From: the human T2T-CHM13v2.0 reference genome, Homo sapiens
NCBI RefSeq assembly: GCF_009914755.1
Contig: NC_060925.1
Length of the DNA: 64,000 nt
Direction: 5' to 3' (one strand)
Positions 1-21,375 of this stretch are shown in pieces. The notes under the pieces were generated by a model. That model made no database searches and was not told where the DNA came from. It worked only from the letters and a program-made list of their open reading frames with translations. How positions within the stretch are numbered: the stretch's first letter is position 1; the number at the start of each line of letters is the position of its first letter. A program made the position numbers and the translations under genes.

Positions 1-122
1 ATGTACTTAGGCTATATGCAAATACTGCACCATTTTATATCAGGACTTGAACATCTGTGGATTTTGGTATTTGTGGAAGGTGGTGAAACTGATTCCCCTA
101 CACACACCGAGGGACAACTGTA
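1..122. mobile_element. MER2-like (TcMar-Tigger) DNA transposon fragment, cut by window edge
   Basis: tatatgcaaatactgcaccattttatatcaggacttgaacatctgtggattttggtat...gagggacaactgta resembles the MER2 terminus, ending in a TA target. Confidence 0.65.
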
Positions 123-1126
123 AATCTTTCGGGCCCCATAGAAGGCTCAATTCCCTGCACCCCCACCCCCAGATAAGCATTCTAAAGTGTTTGTTCACTT
201 TACCTGCTCATCCGTGAGCCAGAGGGTTCCATCAACAGCTTGGGCTGTCTCAGAGAGACCTGGATTCAATCCCATTCAGCCACTTAGTGTGTCACTTTGG
301 ACAAACCATGTAACTTCTCTGAGCCTCAGTGTCCTCATCTGTAAACTGGGTTGATCATGGTCCTTACCTCACAGGGCCACTGTGAGATGAAAGCTGACAC
401 CGCGAGTGACACCACTTCTCTCTCCCTCAGACTCAACAGGAAGATGCCTTTGCTGCCCAATGCGAAGGTTATGGGGAGGACGCGAGGCCCCAAGGTTCCC
501 CTGTCCCAGGAGCATAAACCCTGGATTTTTGCTTCCAGAAACAACCACCTCTAGGATGAGGATGGCTCTCAACTCCCCAAAGCCTGTGCTACCACCCCAC
601 AAAGGCAGCGTCTTCAGCAGTGGGGAAGGGGCTGCACTGCGCCAGCCTCACCCTGGCCACTGTCTGCCCTCATGAGTCAGAGCCCAGCTAGGTCCTCAAG
701 CAGAGCAGTGCAGAGTCCGGCCCCAGTCCCAGGCTCCAGGCATCCCTGCCACCCCCACCTGCCCCCACCAGCTGCCTCCATCCCTTAGCCCCTGCTTCCC
801 TCCTTCCCAGCTCAGGATGTCTTAGCTCCTTACATGTCCCCATCATCTGTCTCCTCAAGGGGAGTGCAGCACAAGGGCAGGGAACTCGGCCAGTCTATGG
901 CTGAGTCTCCGGTGTCTGGGAGAGATTAGAAGCTCAACACATACTTGCCCAGTGTCTGTGTGCATTTCATCAAGCAGAAGACAGCTTTGGAAATGAGAAG
1001 AGACCCTCCTGAGGCGACAGTCCTTAGCTGCCATTTCTCAAGTATTCTTGGCGTGCCACGCACTAAGCTGGACCATGGACATGCGAGCTCTGGAACCCGT
1101 GAGGTGCTGTCACTCATGCACAGGTG

Positions 1127-3235
<2,109 letters not shown>

Positions 3236-3242
3236 CAGTCTT

Positions 3243-4013
<771 letters not shown>

Positions 4014-4019
4014 CAATAA

Positions 4020-4500
4020 TAATTTGTAAATTTTAGAACAATTTCCAATGTATTGAAAAGCTGCAACGGTTGTACAGAGCTGTATACACCACATCCAATT
4101 TCCCCTATTGTCAACACGTTACATGACCATAGAATGTTTGTCGAAACTAAGAAAGCAACATCAGTACATTATTAGCGTCTAAACTCCAGGCTTTATTCAG
4201 ATTTCACCAGTATTTCTGCAGTGCCCTTTTCAAGATGCAATTCAGGATACCTCCACTGTAGCAAGTTTTCATGTCTGTTTAGTCTCTTCTGGTCTGTGAC
4301 AGTTTTTGTCTCCCATTGTTTTTCATGATCTTGAGAGTTTGGGGATTGTACATGTATTTTATGGAATGTTCCTCAGTTTGGATTTATCCAATGTTTTTCT
4401 CATATTTAGACTGGCGTTAGGAATTTTGGGGTAGGAGACCACAGACATAAAGTACCCTTCTTGTCCTATGGTATCAGAGGTGCCTGCTATCACGCGTGTC
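4020..4500 (-). mobile_element. Old L1 (L1M-type) 3' fragment
   Basis: AT-rich, degenerate L1M 3'UTR-like sequence; no ORF. Confidence 0.5.
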
Positions 4501-4526
4501 CAGTTACTTCTTTAAAAAAATTGTGG

Positions 4527-5157
<631 letters not shown>

Positions 5158-5237
5158 TTACTTTTTAAGTCATGTAACACAGGCAACAAAATTTAGCTAA
5201 AATTTAATTTTTAAAATTTTCTTTGTTATTTGCATAG

Positions 5238-6055
<818 letters not shown>

Positions 6056-6170
6056 ATAGGTACCTCTTATTTCTGGAAGTGATACTGTTTCTATTTAATA
6101 TAGCAATACCAAATTTCCTTTTAAAGTGCATTTCTTTCATCTGGGCCAGTAGCAGATATAAAATAAAATA

Positions 6171-7158
<988 letters not shown>

Positions 7159-7364
7159 AAGTGCACTTCTTTTTCAGTAAAAACAGTTGGCTGACTTCAA
7201 GGACATGTGAATTAAGTAGCATTACGTATAGTTCCTAGACAGGGGAAAAAGCCAAACTGGTGGAACCACTGGATAATGACTGAGGTTTGGGAAACTGAGG
7301 CTGGATGAGAAGGTTCCAGAGGCCTACCCTAAATCAGGAAGCAGCTGCGCTTGGTAGAAATAGT

Positions 7365-7527
7365 GTCTGTTTGGTCTGTTTGGTAGGAGGCCTGCCTCCC
7401 ATTGAGCCAACAATAATCCTGTTGACATAACCCTGTTGATCAAAGCGATCCCCTGACTGCTCTGGGCCAGTTCCTTTGGCTCCTGGTGGAATGCACTCAG
7501 AGAATCCGGATCCGGTCAGTATAAAAG
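7365..7527 (+). promoter_or_regulatory. SRARP: SRARP core promoter: TATA box (TATAAAAG 7520-7527) and forkhead-like motif (TGTTGAC 7420-7426)
   Basis: TATA 100 nt upstream of the ATG; motif matches only, binding not shown. Confidence 0.65.
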
Positions 7528-7619
7528 GTCTGGTCCCGCAGTGGGGGAGCCACATCCTGGAAGAGTGGCCTAGGACAGCTCCTCTCCTGCCAGAGCTAGG
7601 CAGGCGCCGAAGTAGCCGC

Positions 7620-9662
<2,043 letters not shown>

Positions 9663-10756
9663 CTGGAAGGGCCGGGCTCTGATGCCCAGAGGCTGCAATT
9701 CCCAGGGCCTGGCCCTGCTTCCCCAGCTAAGCAGGAGTCTTTTGTGCTTGAGCCAAGGAAACATCATTAGATCCGCTAAGGGGCATCTGAAACATCCGTC
9801 GAGTGGCAGAGGCAGGATAAGTCACCTGCACATGAAGAGACTCATTCATTCATACAGCAAATATTACTGGTACATCTTCCACATGCCAGGCCCTGCAAAG
9901 TGCTGGGGAGATACCATGGTTTTCCTGGAGCTGGTATTTTTGGGGTGGAGGGAACCCACCCTGAATAAAGTAACCCAATAAATAAAGAAGATGATTTTGA
10001 ACAGCGATGAATGCTCTGCAGGAACTGAAACAGGATGCTAGAGGGAGAGTGATTGGGGTGAAGACCTTTCCTGATGCAGTGCTTGGTAAGGGCCTCTCTG
10101 CGCAGGCAACAAAGTGTGATCTAAAAGATGAGAAGGGGCCAGCCCTGAGAAAATCCACCCTCCCCAGGGCCACCTGCTGTCATCTTACCCCAGGGCAGGC
10201 CAGAGCAGTGGTCAGAATGCCCCAGCATGACGGGGAGGGGCAACGGGTTTCTTGCTGCCATCTTGGCTCAGAGGCGAGTGTGTAGGTCACTGCAAAGGCA
10301 GGGGATACCACGTGGGGAGACTCGAGGGCCATGCCAGTTGGGGCTGGGAGGCTCAGGGAAGTTGGCTCCAGGAGACTCCATCCCAGAAGGCAGCCCAGGT
10401 GGGACCTGGGGATCTGAGATGGGAAATAAGGGGATCTGGCTTCTCAAAAGGGAGGGAGGTACTCAAAAATAGAGTATCATGTTTGAACGAATGAAAACAA
10501 GACATGTTATTTATTGAGCATCTACTGCATACCAGGCTCATGCTGCCCTCTAGGGATAGCAAAAAAAAAAAAAAAGGTGGGGGGAGGAGGTTCACCCCTC
10601 AGGGCAATCGTGTTCCCTGAGCAGGAGGTGGAGTTACTGGTGTGGGTGTGAAGGTGTCTGTGAGTCTAAGGCATGCACAGCACTGTGAGAAACCCTAAAG
10701 CAACCTATTTAAGGAAGTCAGTCTCAAAGCTCCCAGATAAAAATCACTGGGTTTTT

Positions 10757-11046
<290 letters not shown>

Positions 11047-11821
11047 ATTAATTTATTCAATGACTATTTTACTAGGTTCCTACAAATACTAGCTGCTAAC
11101 ATTTAACATGTAATTGACCATTTACTCTGTGTCAGAGAAACAACATGGGCACTGTATTTGTGACCATTTTATAGATTAGAGAGCTGAGGCACAGAGAGGT
11201 TGAAGAATGGACTCAAAGTTCCATAGACTGGTACCATTGAGATTAGAACTCAGGCAAGTCTGGTGCCCATATTCTTGCTTGTAACTGTAAGGTATATACC
11301 CTCTCATCCTGGTAGCGTCTCTTCTAGGCAGAGGGGACACACAGAGGATAAATGTAACCCTGTCCTCAAGGAGCTCACAGCCAGGTGGGGGAGGCCAGAA
11401 AGAAAGCACACAATTGCCATAGCTTCTGAGAAGTGCAACAGTAAGGGCAACACAGAATGATGCTGGAGGACAACCAGCCCACTCTAGAGAGAGGAGATCA
11501 GGGAGGACTTCCTGCAGGAAGTGATGCCGAAAATGAGATCTGACCGGTGACTAAGCTATACAAAAGGGTGGGGTGGGGGAGCAAGTGGGGAGTGCTCTGG
11601 GCAGAAGGACCAGTCGTTCAGTCTGGCTAGGGTAATTGTCATTCATTCATTTATTCACCAAGTATTTATTGGGCATCCACTGAATGCCAGGCTTTGGGCT
11701 AAACCATGAGATGGAGCAATGAATAAGACAATGAGGCCCAGCCACAAAATAGTTTATCCTCTAGTTGGGGGAGACAGGCAATGCACACACACAAAACAAA
11801 CAGATCAGAAAGGTGGCAGGA

Positions 11822-12207
<386 letters not shown>

Positions 12208-13402
12208 TTAGATCTTATTCCCAGATGGCAGCACTGGAAATTGTGAGCAGACAGCGTCATGGCCAGACGTACCTTTGGAAAGGATCCCTCCGGGCCTTCT
12301 GACTGCAGGGAGGAGGCACCGGAGGCTGAGTCTTAATCCTGAGAAAGGAGAGCAATGGTTTGGACTAGAGAGGAGGACGCAGTACAATCTGGTCGACATA
12401 TGCCCATTCTACTCTCCTGAAGGCCCCAAGGACAAGGCTGCAGAGGGAGTTTGAGACCCTCAAGGAGAAAGGAGACCTGTGGCTGCACATCCGGCTTTTC
12501 ACCAGCAGGTGTCGCCCTCTCATCAGACTAGAGGACACTGGGTCCAGGCCTGGACAGGGAAGGTGTGGACCTGCTGGGTCTGGGACTAAAGCCTTGGGGC
12601 CAGCCAACCAGTGGGTCTGTTTTTCAGAAGCCAGACTCATTCTAACCAATACTCCTTTCATCCAGAATAATGAATGTTTACTTTATGCCAGGCACCCAGC
12701 AAAGTGACATTTCAGAATTGAACCCTGGGGGGTCTTGGTGAGGATTCAGAGGAACCAGGCACTTATACCACTTATACTTGCTCCGTAAAGGGAGCTGTCA
12801 TCATTACTATTGATGTCGTCAGTTACTATAGCTGTCGTCATTACGGGGCAATTGAATATACACCCCACACCCCATCAGTTCACCTGACCCCAGTCATGTG
12901 AGGTCGGCATGATTTCTCTTGCCATTTTACAGAGGAAACTGAGGCACAGAAAGGTCGAATACTTTGCCCAAGGTCACTAACTGGAAACCGGTAGAGCCCA
13001 AATCCAAACCTCAGGCAATGTGACTGCGCACTGCGCTTGCAGCCCCATACTGTGCTGTGAACACACTGGTCACAGCGGTTCAATAAGTGAGTGAAGAATG
13101 ATCCAGCCTGGCACCCGGCAGCATGTGGGGAGTGTCCGGAGACTGAATGGGTGGTAGGGCCCTCGCTGAGATGGAGCACACAGGCGGAGTAGCCAGTGGG
13201 GACATGGGGAGATGACAGGTTCAGGAGGCGGATGTCGTGTGAGGGACTGTGGGACATGCCGGAGGGGATGTGGGCAGGTGGTGACCCATTCCCCATTGGA
13301 GCTCTGGTCAGAGGTTGAGGCTGGCAATGGGGCTGCATTGGTATATAGGTTGGTGATGAAGTTGCTCTGGGAAGGTGAGGTGTGAGACCAGGTCATCAGG
13401 CC

Positions 13403-13989
13403 TGTGAGAAACCAACTTACCTGTCCAAACCCAAAGAATGGGCTCAGAGGCACATAGAACAGTGGAAGAGAGACTTTTAATGATGGTCTTACGAGATCGG
13501 GTGTCTGGTGGGCAGGCACACCCAGCACAGTTACAACAAGCAATTTATCCCCTAGTGCGCAGGTCCCTCCCCTGGTTCCTCATAGGCTGAGTACTGTAGG
13601 ATCACAATCTTCCTGGATGTCGCCTATTGGTTGTTGGGTAGGAGCTTTTAGGTGTTTTCTTTAGGATTTTCTTGTTGCATTTTGTTGCAGCCCACAATAC
13701 ATTGCAATCATAGCCAGCTTAGGGTTTTCTTAAGTATCTGACTTATGACCTAGGTAGTCAGGCAAGCTGATAAGAATAGACAAAGCGAGCTATTTTGCAG
13801 GCTAGTGAACTTTCATTCTAGACTCAACTTTTTTGGTTTGGGTGAGGGCAACTAAGCGGGCCCCGACAAGCAGGCGCCGGCTATCAAAGCAGGGGCCTAG
13901 TATATTCTGTTCTTCTGTAGTTTGCGGACTCAAACCTATTCAAGCCACTTTGTTTTGGAAATGGACCACTGTATACATTATTTCCTTTA
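13403..13989 (-). mobile_element. Solo LTR, probably ERV1 class (subfamily not assigned)
   Basis: 587-bp block with TG...(C>T)A ends and 4-bp TSD ggcc (13399-13402, 13990-13993); ATTAAA poly(A) signal and CCAAT on the minus strand. Confidence 0.7.
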
Positions 13990-14369
13990 GGCCCAAGGTG
14001 ACAGAGGTGTGAAAAACTTGGAATATGCAAAAAAGATCACAAAACATATCCAATACCATCTACGCATTGTCTGATTCTCAAGGGGGTGAGCATTTTTCTT
14101 TGCCTTTGAGCTATTTTACAACTCTGTCTATTGTAAGTAGCCCGTAGGAATGCAACATACTTCTTGTCTACAGACAAGCAGATTCTGTCCTGTCCTGTTC
14201 AAGTCCAGTGGACTCTCCTTCCCAACTGTGGAAGAAGCCAGTGTTACCTCTGTGCACATTCATTTCAATATTCCCTGACCTACAGATATCATCTGTTCTT
14301 TGCCTCCTTCTTTGAACTGCTTGTGACATCTTACTGGTTCCTTCATTAACCATGAATTAAGTAAAATCA

Positions 14370-15040
<671 letters not shown>

Positions 15041-15625
15041 TTTTTTTTTCTTTTTCTTTTTTTTTTGAGACAGGTTCTCACTCTATTGCCCAGGCTGAAG
15101 TGTAGTGGCTCAAACATGGCTCACTGCAGCCTCAACCACCAGTGCTCAAGCAAGTCCTCCAGCCTCAACCCCCAAGTAGCTGGAACTACAGGCATGTGCT
15201 ACCATACCCTGTTAATTTTTGCATTTTTTGTGGAGATGCAGTTTTGCCATGTTGTCCAGGCTGATTTCAAATAAATACTTTGTATTTATTGAGCTCAGGC
15301 AATCCACCCTCTTCAGCCTCCCAAAGTGCTGGGAATGCAGGAGTGAGCCACCACACCCGGTCATTTTTTATTTTATTTGAGTCAGGGTCTCACTGTGTCA
15401 CCCAAGATAGAGTGCGGTGGTGCGATCACGGCTCGCTGAAGCCTCCATCTCCTGGACTCCAGCCATCCTCCCACTTCAGCCTCCCGACTAGCTGGGACCA
15501 CAGGTGCACGTCACCATACCAGCTAATTTTCGTATTTTGTGTAGAGACGGGTTCTTGCCATGTTGCCCAGGCTGGTCTCTAAACCTTGGGCTCAAGAGAT
15601 CCTCTCACCTCAGGCTCCTGAGCAT
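15041..15625 (-). mobile_element. Two degenerate J-type Alus
   Basis: Alu consensus on the minus strand. Confidence 0.82.
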
Positions 15626-16149
15626 GCGCTACTTCCATCTGACTTTGAAGACAGGGTTTGGGAAGGGGCTCTGAACATCTGCCTGGGCTCTTTGTGCTCT
15701 GGCTCTGGAGGGCTTCCTGGAGGAGGAGGCCTTTGGCCTCTGCTAGGCCTTCAAAGTGAGGAAACCTTCTAGGTCCTCTCTGCCCCTCCCAGTCTCTGGT
15801 ACTACCTGACCTGGACTTTCTCACAGGTCTCCAGCCCCAGAGAGCTGCGTCTTTTCAATTTCCCCTACCTGCTGCCCAGGCCCACCCCCAAAGCTACAAG
15901 ACGCGAGAGCCCCCTTTCCCTGTGGGGGCTGCCAGGGTGGGAGGAGGGAAGCTGCCTCAGCCCATTGGTGGTGGCGACTGATCCAGGTTGACCCAGCAGA
16001 TGGCCTTCCAGAGCCATAGCAAGGATTCACATCCCAACCGTGCCACTTCCAGGCTGGGTGACCTTGGGCCAGTTGCCTGACCTCGCTGATCCTCCGTGTC
16101 CTTCTAGGCACACCGTTAATCATAGTACGTGCTTTGCAGGACTCTTGTG

Positions 16150-16770
16150 GGAATCAGCGGCGCGCCTGGCACACACTAGTTGCTCAATGAATGGGGCGGC
16201 TATAATTACTCTTCCGGGTGGGGGCGGGGCGCAGCGCCTGCAGCCAGGCCTATATTTAGCCTGGAAGGGGGTTGGGGGCGCTGGGAGACAAAGCGCCGCG
16301 GCCAGTCTGGGCGCCCAGGGGGCGGAGCCGGCGAAAGCCCCGCGGCCGACCCGCCCTCCCCTACCGCAGGGTCACCTTGGCCGGGCTGGCGGCCAAGGGC
16401 TCCTTCAGACCCGACGTGCCCCAGCGGCCCAGCGGCCGCTTGGTCCCCTGAGCAGTCCTCATCCTCGCAAACTGCTGTCTGGGGAGGGGGCTGCTGGGGG
16501 CTGGGGGTGGTTTTCGGCCCCACTGACCACTTGGGAAGCTGCCCCCTTTCCCAGCACCGGCCGGCCGAGGGAGGGCTCGCTGAGATCCGTACGCCAAGGT
16601 GAGCCTGACCCCGGGTGGGGGGCGTGGGAGGGGGAGCCAGGCTGGCTCCTCCCCCAACCTCGCGCCAATGAGTGTCGGGGCTGCAAATAGCCCAGTGGAA
16701 TCAGTGAGTCATGGAGGCTGGAAATACCGCGCCCCCTCTGATCCCCTCCCCTCCTCCTGACCGCAGCCGG
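16150..16770. promoter_or_regulatory. CpG-rich candidate enhancer/promoter downstream of HSPB7, with a consensus MEF2 site
   Basis: High CpG density, GC boxes, CTATATTTAG at 16250-16259, CCAAT near 16665, TGAGTCA near 16705. Confidence 0.55.
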
Positions 16771-17354
16771 TGGAGCTGCACTGGGGAGCAAGCCTGGGGG
16801 TGTGAGGGGTGGGGGACCCCTCCGGAGAGCTCCCCTCCCCAGGCTCCCTGAACCAACCCGGACACCCCCGCCCCCAAGTTCCAGCTGGCTTTGCCTCTGG
16901 GGCTGTGTGACCCTGGGCCAGTCACTCAGACTCTCTGGGCCGCAGAATCCCCATTAGGTACAAGAAGGGCTTCAAGAGGGCAGGCGACCCGGTGCAGCCT
17001 GCCCACCTTTGCGTCCCTGCGCCTGGGACTGAAACAGTGCCCGCCACATAGCAGGACAGTAAATATCTCTGGAAGGAAAGAAATAATAAAAAGGGAAGGG
17101 CAGGCAGTTGGACGAGAAGGTGTTGCAAGGGTTTTCCAGAAACAATCCTGGGGTTCCTGCCCAGGGGGGTCTGGGGAGCCCACGGAGGAGGCCGAGGAAC
17201 GCCCACATTTTGTGAGGTCTTCAGCTTTAACTTGAGCTACAACCCCCATCCCCAAATCTCAAAGAAGGTGTGTCTGTTTCTCTCAGGGTTTCCAGCCCTG
17301 CCCTAAGTTTGAGAACTCCAGGCAGGCGGCCTCCAGAAGTCTGTGAGACTGTCC

Positions 17355-17360
17355 TTTATT
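17355..17360 (-). terminator. HSPB7: HSPB7 polyadenylation signal
   Basis: tttatt (AATAAA on - strand) ~1.5 kb after the stop codon. Confidence 0.7.
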
Positions 17361-18890
17361 GTGTATACAGGTTCCAGCGTCAGGGCTCTCCCACGGCCCC
17401 CTCCCCAGTCCTCCCCCAAGGGGCCCAGAGTGGTGGGAGTGAGAGGCCACCCTAAGGCACACTGACCAGAGAGGCATGGAGGGAGGAGGCTGACTTGCCC
17501 TGGGGACCCCTGCTAACTGAGACCCACCCTTCCCCTCCACCCTGCTTCTGTATGTGGGAGACGAAACCAAGAGTCATTGGGGGCAGCAGGCATTTCCCAG
17601 GGTTAAGGCTGATGGAAGGTCCCTATCCCAGATGGGAGATGGGGGCTTTTCCTATGACTCCCCCCCATCCCCCAGCTGGAAGACGTGGGGAGGGTTGCAT
17701 AGCCTTAGAGAGGTAGAATGAGGGGAAATACTCCTCAGTGCCCAGAGGTGGGGAGTTGAGAGCAGCAGTTGACACCCTGGGTTCAGATCTAACCTTCAGT
17801 GACAAAGCACAGCACTCAGTGGCTCGGGGATGTTTCCCCGTTAATGAAAATGGAGATTGTAAATCTGATTTGAGAAAGCTCTGAATTTGGCCTCAACCAA
17901 TGGTAATGCTGAGTATTTGAAGGACAACGATAGGGGTGTGTGTGTTACACACACCGAGCCTATAGATTCATAGATTAAAGAGGGGGATGGATGGAGAGCT
18001 GACTGCCCGGAGGGGAAGGTGGCAAGAAGCTGGGGTCCAACCTCGAGGACCCAAAGCCCCATCCATGCCCTGGCTTCCATCTCTGTTAGGTGATCCTGTC
18101 TGCATGGGAGCAGCCCCAAGAACACAGGCCTGTGGGAGGGAGAAGGACCAGCCCCACCCCCAACCCCACTTGGCCTTGCCTGGAGGCCCCAGCAGGCGCA
18201 GGACGGCAGGAGTTTCATGCAGTTTATCACGAACCAGCTGTATTGGAAAAACCCCATCTATATACAGATGTGGCATGGCTCTGCCCTGGCACAGCCAGCT
18301 GGCTGGGGGCACGGGGTGGGCAGGCAGCCTGCTCGCTGGCGTGGGGCTTGGAGGCTGGTAGAGGGGAAGTTTACCGTCACGGCTGTCTCCTCTTGGCCTT
18401 GCTGAGCCCTCGGGCAATTAGTTCCACTTAGATAGGCACCCTTGCCTGTGACCTTCCCTCTGTCCCTCCCACTCCCCTTGGCCAAGAGGGTTCCAGGTCC
18501 CTGGTCCCCTTGCCCTGCAGAGACTTCATAGATCAGAGGGTTTGTCTGTCTGTCTGTCCTGCAGAGCTTGCCCATATGTCCTGCTGGTCCCATTCCCCTG
18601 ACCCACAGTGGGTTCTTTAGATCTTCCTTCCCTGACCCCAGCCCCTGTACTCTGGATTAAGTGACGGAGGCCAAATCTGAAATCTGGGCATCATGTGTCA
18701 GGCCAGGGAGTCCCTGGCCTGCCCTGGATAGAGTGGAGGGCCCTAGTTTGGGAGGATGGTCCACCTGGGGTCTGGGGTGCGTGGGGGCTAGAACCTGGGC
18801 TGAGATGTCCTGGAGCTGTTGTAATGGGGTTAGCGAGGCTTTGCTGGCAGGCGTGGGGCGGGGGGACAGGGAAAGGGAAGGGAGAGGCAC

Positions 18891-21274
18891 TCAGATTTTG
18901 ATCTCCGTCCGGAAGGTCTGCTGGACGTGTTCTGTATGCGGGTGACGCCGTGCCCGGATAGTGAGGCTGCCGTCCTCCCGCAGAGCCGAGGTCACCGACG
19001 TCGGGTCCACGTCCTCCGGCAGCTGGCACTTGTGAGCGAAGGTGTTCATGACAGTGCCGTCAGCCGCCAGCTGGGGAAGGGGTGACCCGTCAGGCAGGCT
19101 GCCCCGACCCCTGTCCTGCTTGTGACAAGCCAGAGCCCTCTTCTCCCCATTCTAACCCCAGCCAGACCCCACATGCCGAGGGGCTCTGCCCTCAGGTGCC
19201 GAGGGGCTGCCCAGGGTGGTGATGGCCACAGGCCAAAGGCTCTGCAGGGACAGCGCAGGGGTGCTTCGCAGAGCTCCAGTAGCTCCAAGGAACAGGCCAG
19301 GGACATGGGGAAGAGGTGGGGCTTGGAGAGAGAGGAGGCTCCGTGGCAGTGGCTCCGAATCTGGGGCTCCTGGGGAACGTGGAGGTGACAGAGGAGAGCC
19401 GTGCCTTCCTGGATCCCCGGGCACATTGGGCATCTGCCCGCCAGGGCTGAGCGCCGGCCCCTCCCCCGCAACTCAGCCAGCACATAGTGTCCAGGGGAGT
19501 TTGGGGCGGCTGAGTCACTGTTGGGGGTGGCAGGGCTGGCACATGCTGCCTGCGGGTTTTGGTGCCCCCAGTCCATGGCATCCCTGGCAGGGACGCCCAG
19601 AAATCCACCCTTGAATGTGGAGGGGAAGAAGCCAGTCCTTGGGGGCTTAGGAGGAGGCTTGGGTCAGGTCCTCTCCTCTCTCCTGGCAGCCGTGGCTGTC
19701 CCTGGGCAACGCCCCTGTTCAGGCCTGGCCATACCCTCTCCAGGGTGGAGGCCCCAGTGCCTCCTAGAAGTTCGGACTCAGACACGCTAGAGACCCAGTG
19801 ACCCTGAGACCTGTGGGCGGGCGCTGTGTGTGGTTTGGAGTGTGTGTGACCCGAAACTGCAGGGCCCCTGCCCAGCCTCGGGCCTAATTTAGGGGTCCCA
19901 AGATGGGGGATGGGTCTCCAGCTGTGGGAGGGAAGAGGGCTTGAGGTGGGTCACATGGAGAAACCCCTCCCCCCACTGCCCAGGTGAGTTCCCCACCTAC
20001 CCGCATCCGCCCCCCTATAGCTACCAGAGGAGCTGTCCTCACTCTGCCATCACCATCTCACACCTGTCATCTCCCACCCTCAAGCCCCACCCCCTCAGGC
20101 TCCCTCTGCCCACATCCCTCCATCCCTCTCCCATTCCTCGGAGGCTCCCTCAGCTGCTCAGGCCCTGGAAGAAAGGATCTGGGAACCTCGGTGCAAAGAG
20201 AGGCAGTGAGGGGGCCCCATGGCCATGGGTTGCAGGGACAAGGCCTTCAGTTAGCCCTGGGGGAGTTTGGGTGGGGAAGGGACACTGGCCAGGGTCTGGG
20301 GTCCCAGGATGGTAAGGGGGAGTAGGAGACATTGGAGGCAGGAGCAGAATTTGGGATGCGGTGAGTAGGGGGTGGGGGGCTCACCTTCTCAGCCCGCACC
20401 TCGATGTGGTTGTTGGAGGTGGTGACAATGATGTCTTCAGGTGAGAAGTCTCTCACGTCCACCGCAAACTCATAGGCGTCTCCTAGGGTCTTGATGTTGC
20501 CTGCCCCACCGGGGCGGGCTGTGGGATGGGCTGCTGTGAGCGAGGCATGGAGCAGGCCTTGCATGCAGATCCGGGGGTTCTGGCTCCTTCTCTTGGGGCA
20601 AGGGGCGGCTCCCCCAGGCCCTACCTCCCCCCTAGCTGTTTCTCCCTAAGCTCCTCCTCATTCCTACAGCCCACCTTTTCTGGGGTGGGGGTGGGGCCTC
20701 ACCCAGCACAGTGTGTGTGTATATGAGGCTAGGTCTGTAACAACCCCACCCCAGGCCTGGAGCCTGGGGGCTGCCCCCCACCGCTCACCCATCCAGCCCT
20801 CCAGGGCTCCAGCTGGGATTGGCTGTGGTTACAGAGCATGGGTGGCCATGGAACCATGTCCAACCCCCAGGGCCACAACTGTTCCTTAGAGGCCCACCTG
20901 TTTTCATGGCCACATCTGTCCCTGTGGCCACATCTGTCTTGGTGGCCACACATGGCTGCAGGCTGTGCAGCACCTGTTCCAGGCCGACCGGCAGCCACAG
21001 CGCCTTCGGTGGCGCCCTGGAGCAGACGTCCCCTCCCTGTGCACCTCCCCTCCCCTCAGGGCCCGGATCACTTGCCTGGGAAGGCCAGGGGCTCCGAGTG
21101 GGGCCGCATGAAGCTGCCAAAGTCATCGGAAAACATGCTCAGGGCCTTCTCCATGGGCGGGTCCTGGGCCGGGAGAGCACGGGAGGCCGAGGAGGAGGTG
21201 GAAGAGGAGGAGGAAGAGGAAGAGGAATGGAAACTTCTCTCCGCTCGGAAGGTGGAAGAGGTTCTGTGGCTCAT
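18891..21274 (-). CDS. HSPB7: Small heat shock protein beta-7 (cvHSP), 170 aa, 3 coding exons
   Basis: Exons 21274-21076 ([16 protein letters not shown]-polySer...EPLAFP), 20518-20385 (ARPGGAG...EVRAEK), 19070-18891 (LAADG...RTEIKI*): 199+134+180=513 nt; alpha-crystallin domain motifs [10 protein letters not shown] and [14 protein letters not shown]. Confidence 0.97.
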
Positions 21275-21375
21275 CCACGGACGGCGCCGGGCCCTGCCCA
21301 GGCGGGCGAGGGCTGGACAGGAGAGGGTGTGGGCGCAGGCCTCTGGGCGAGCGTGCCAGGCTCCGACTGCGGCCG

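Noticed and set aside
16040-16690. 216-aa + strand ORF
   Set aside because: Non-ATG start, low-complexity G/P/A/R product typical of GC-rich DNA, no recognisable domain
20891-20960. CRISPR-like interpretation of short spaced repeats
   Set aside because: Eukaryotic DNA, 18-bp period with no unique spacers and no cas genes; no tRNA or rRNA genes were seen in the window either
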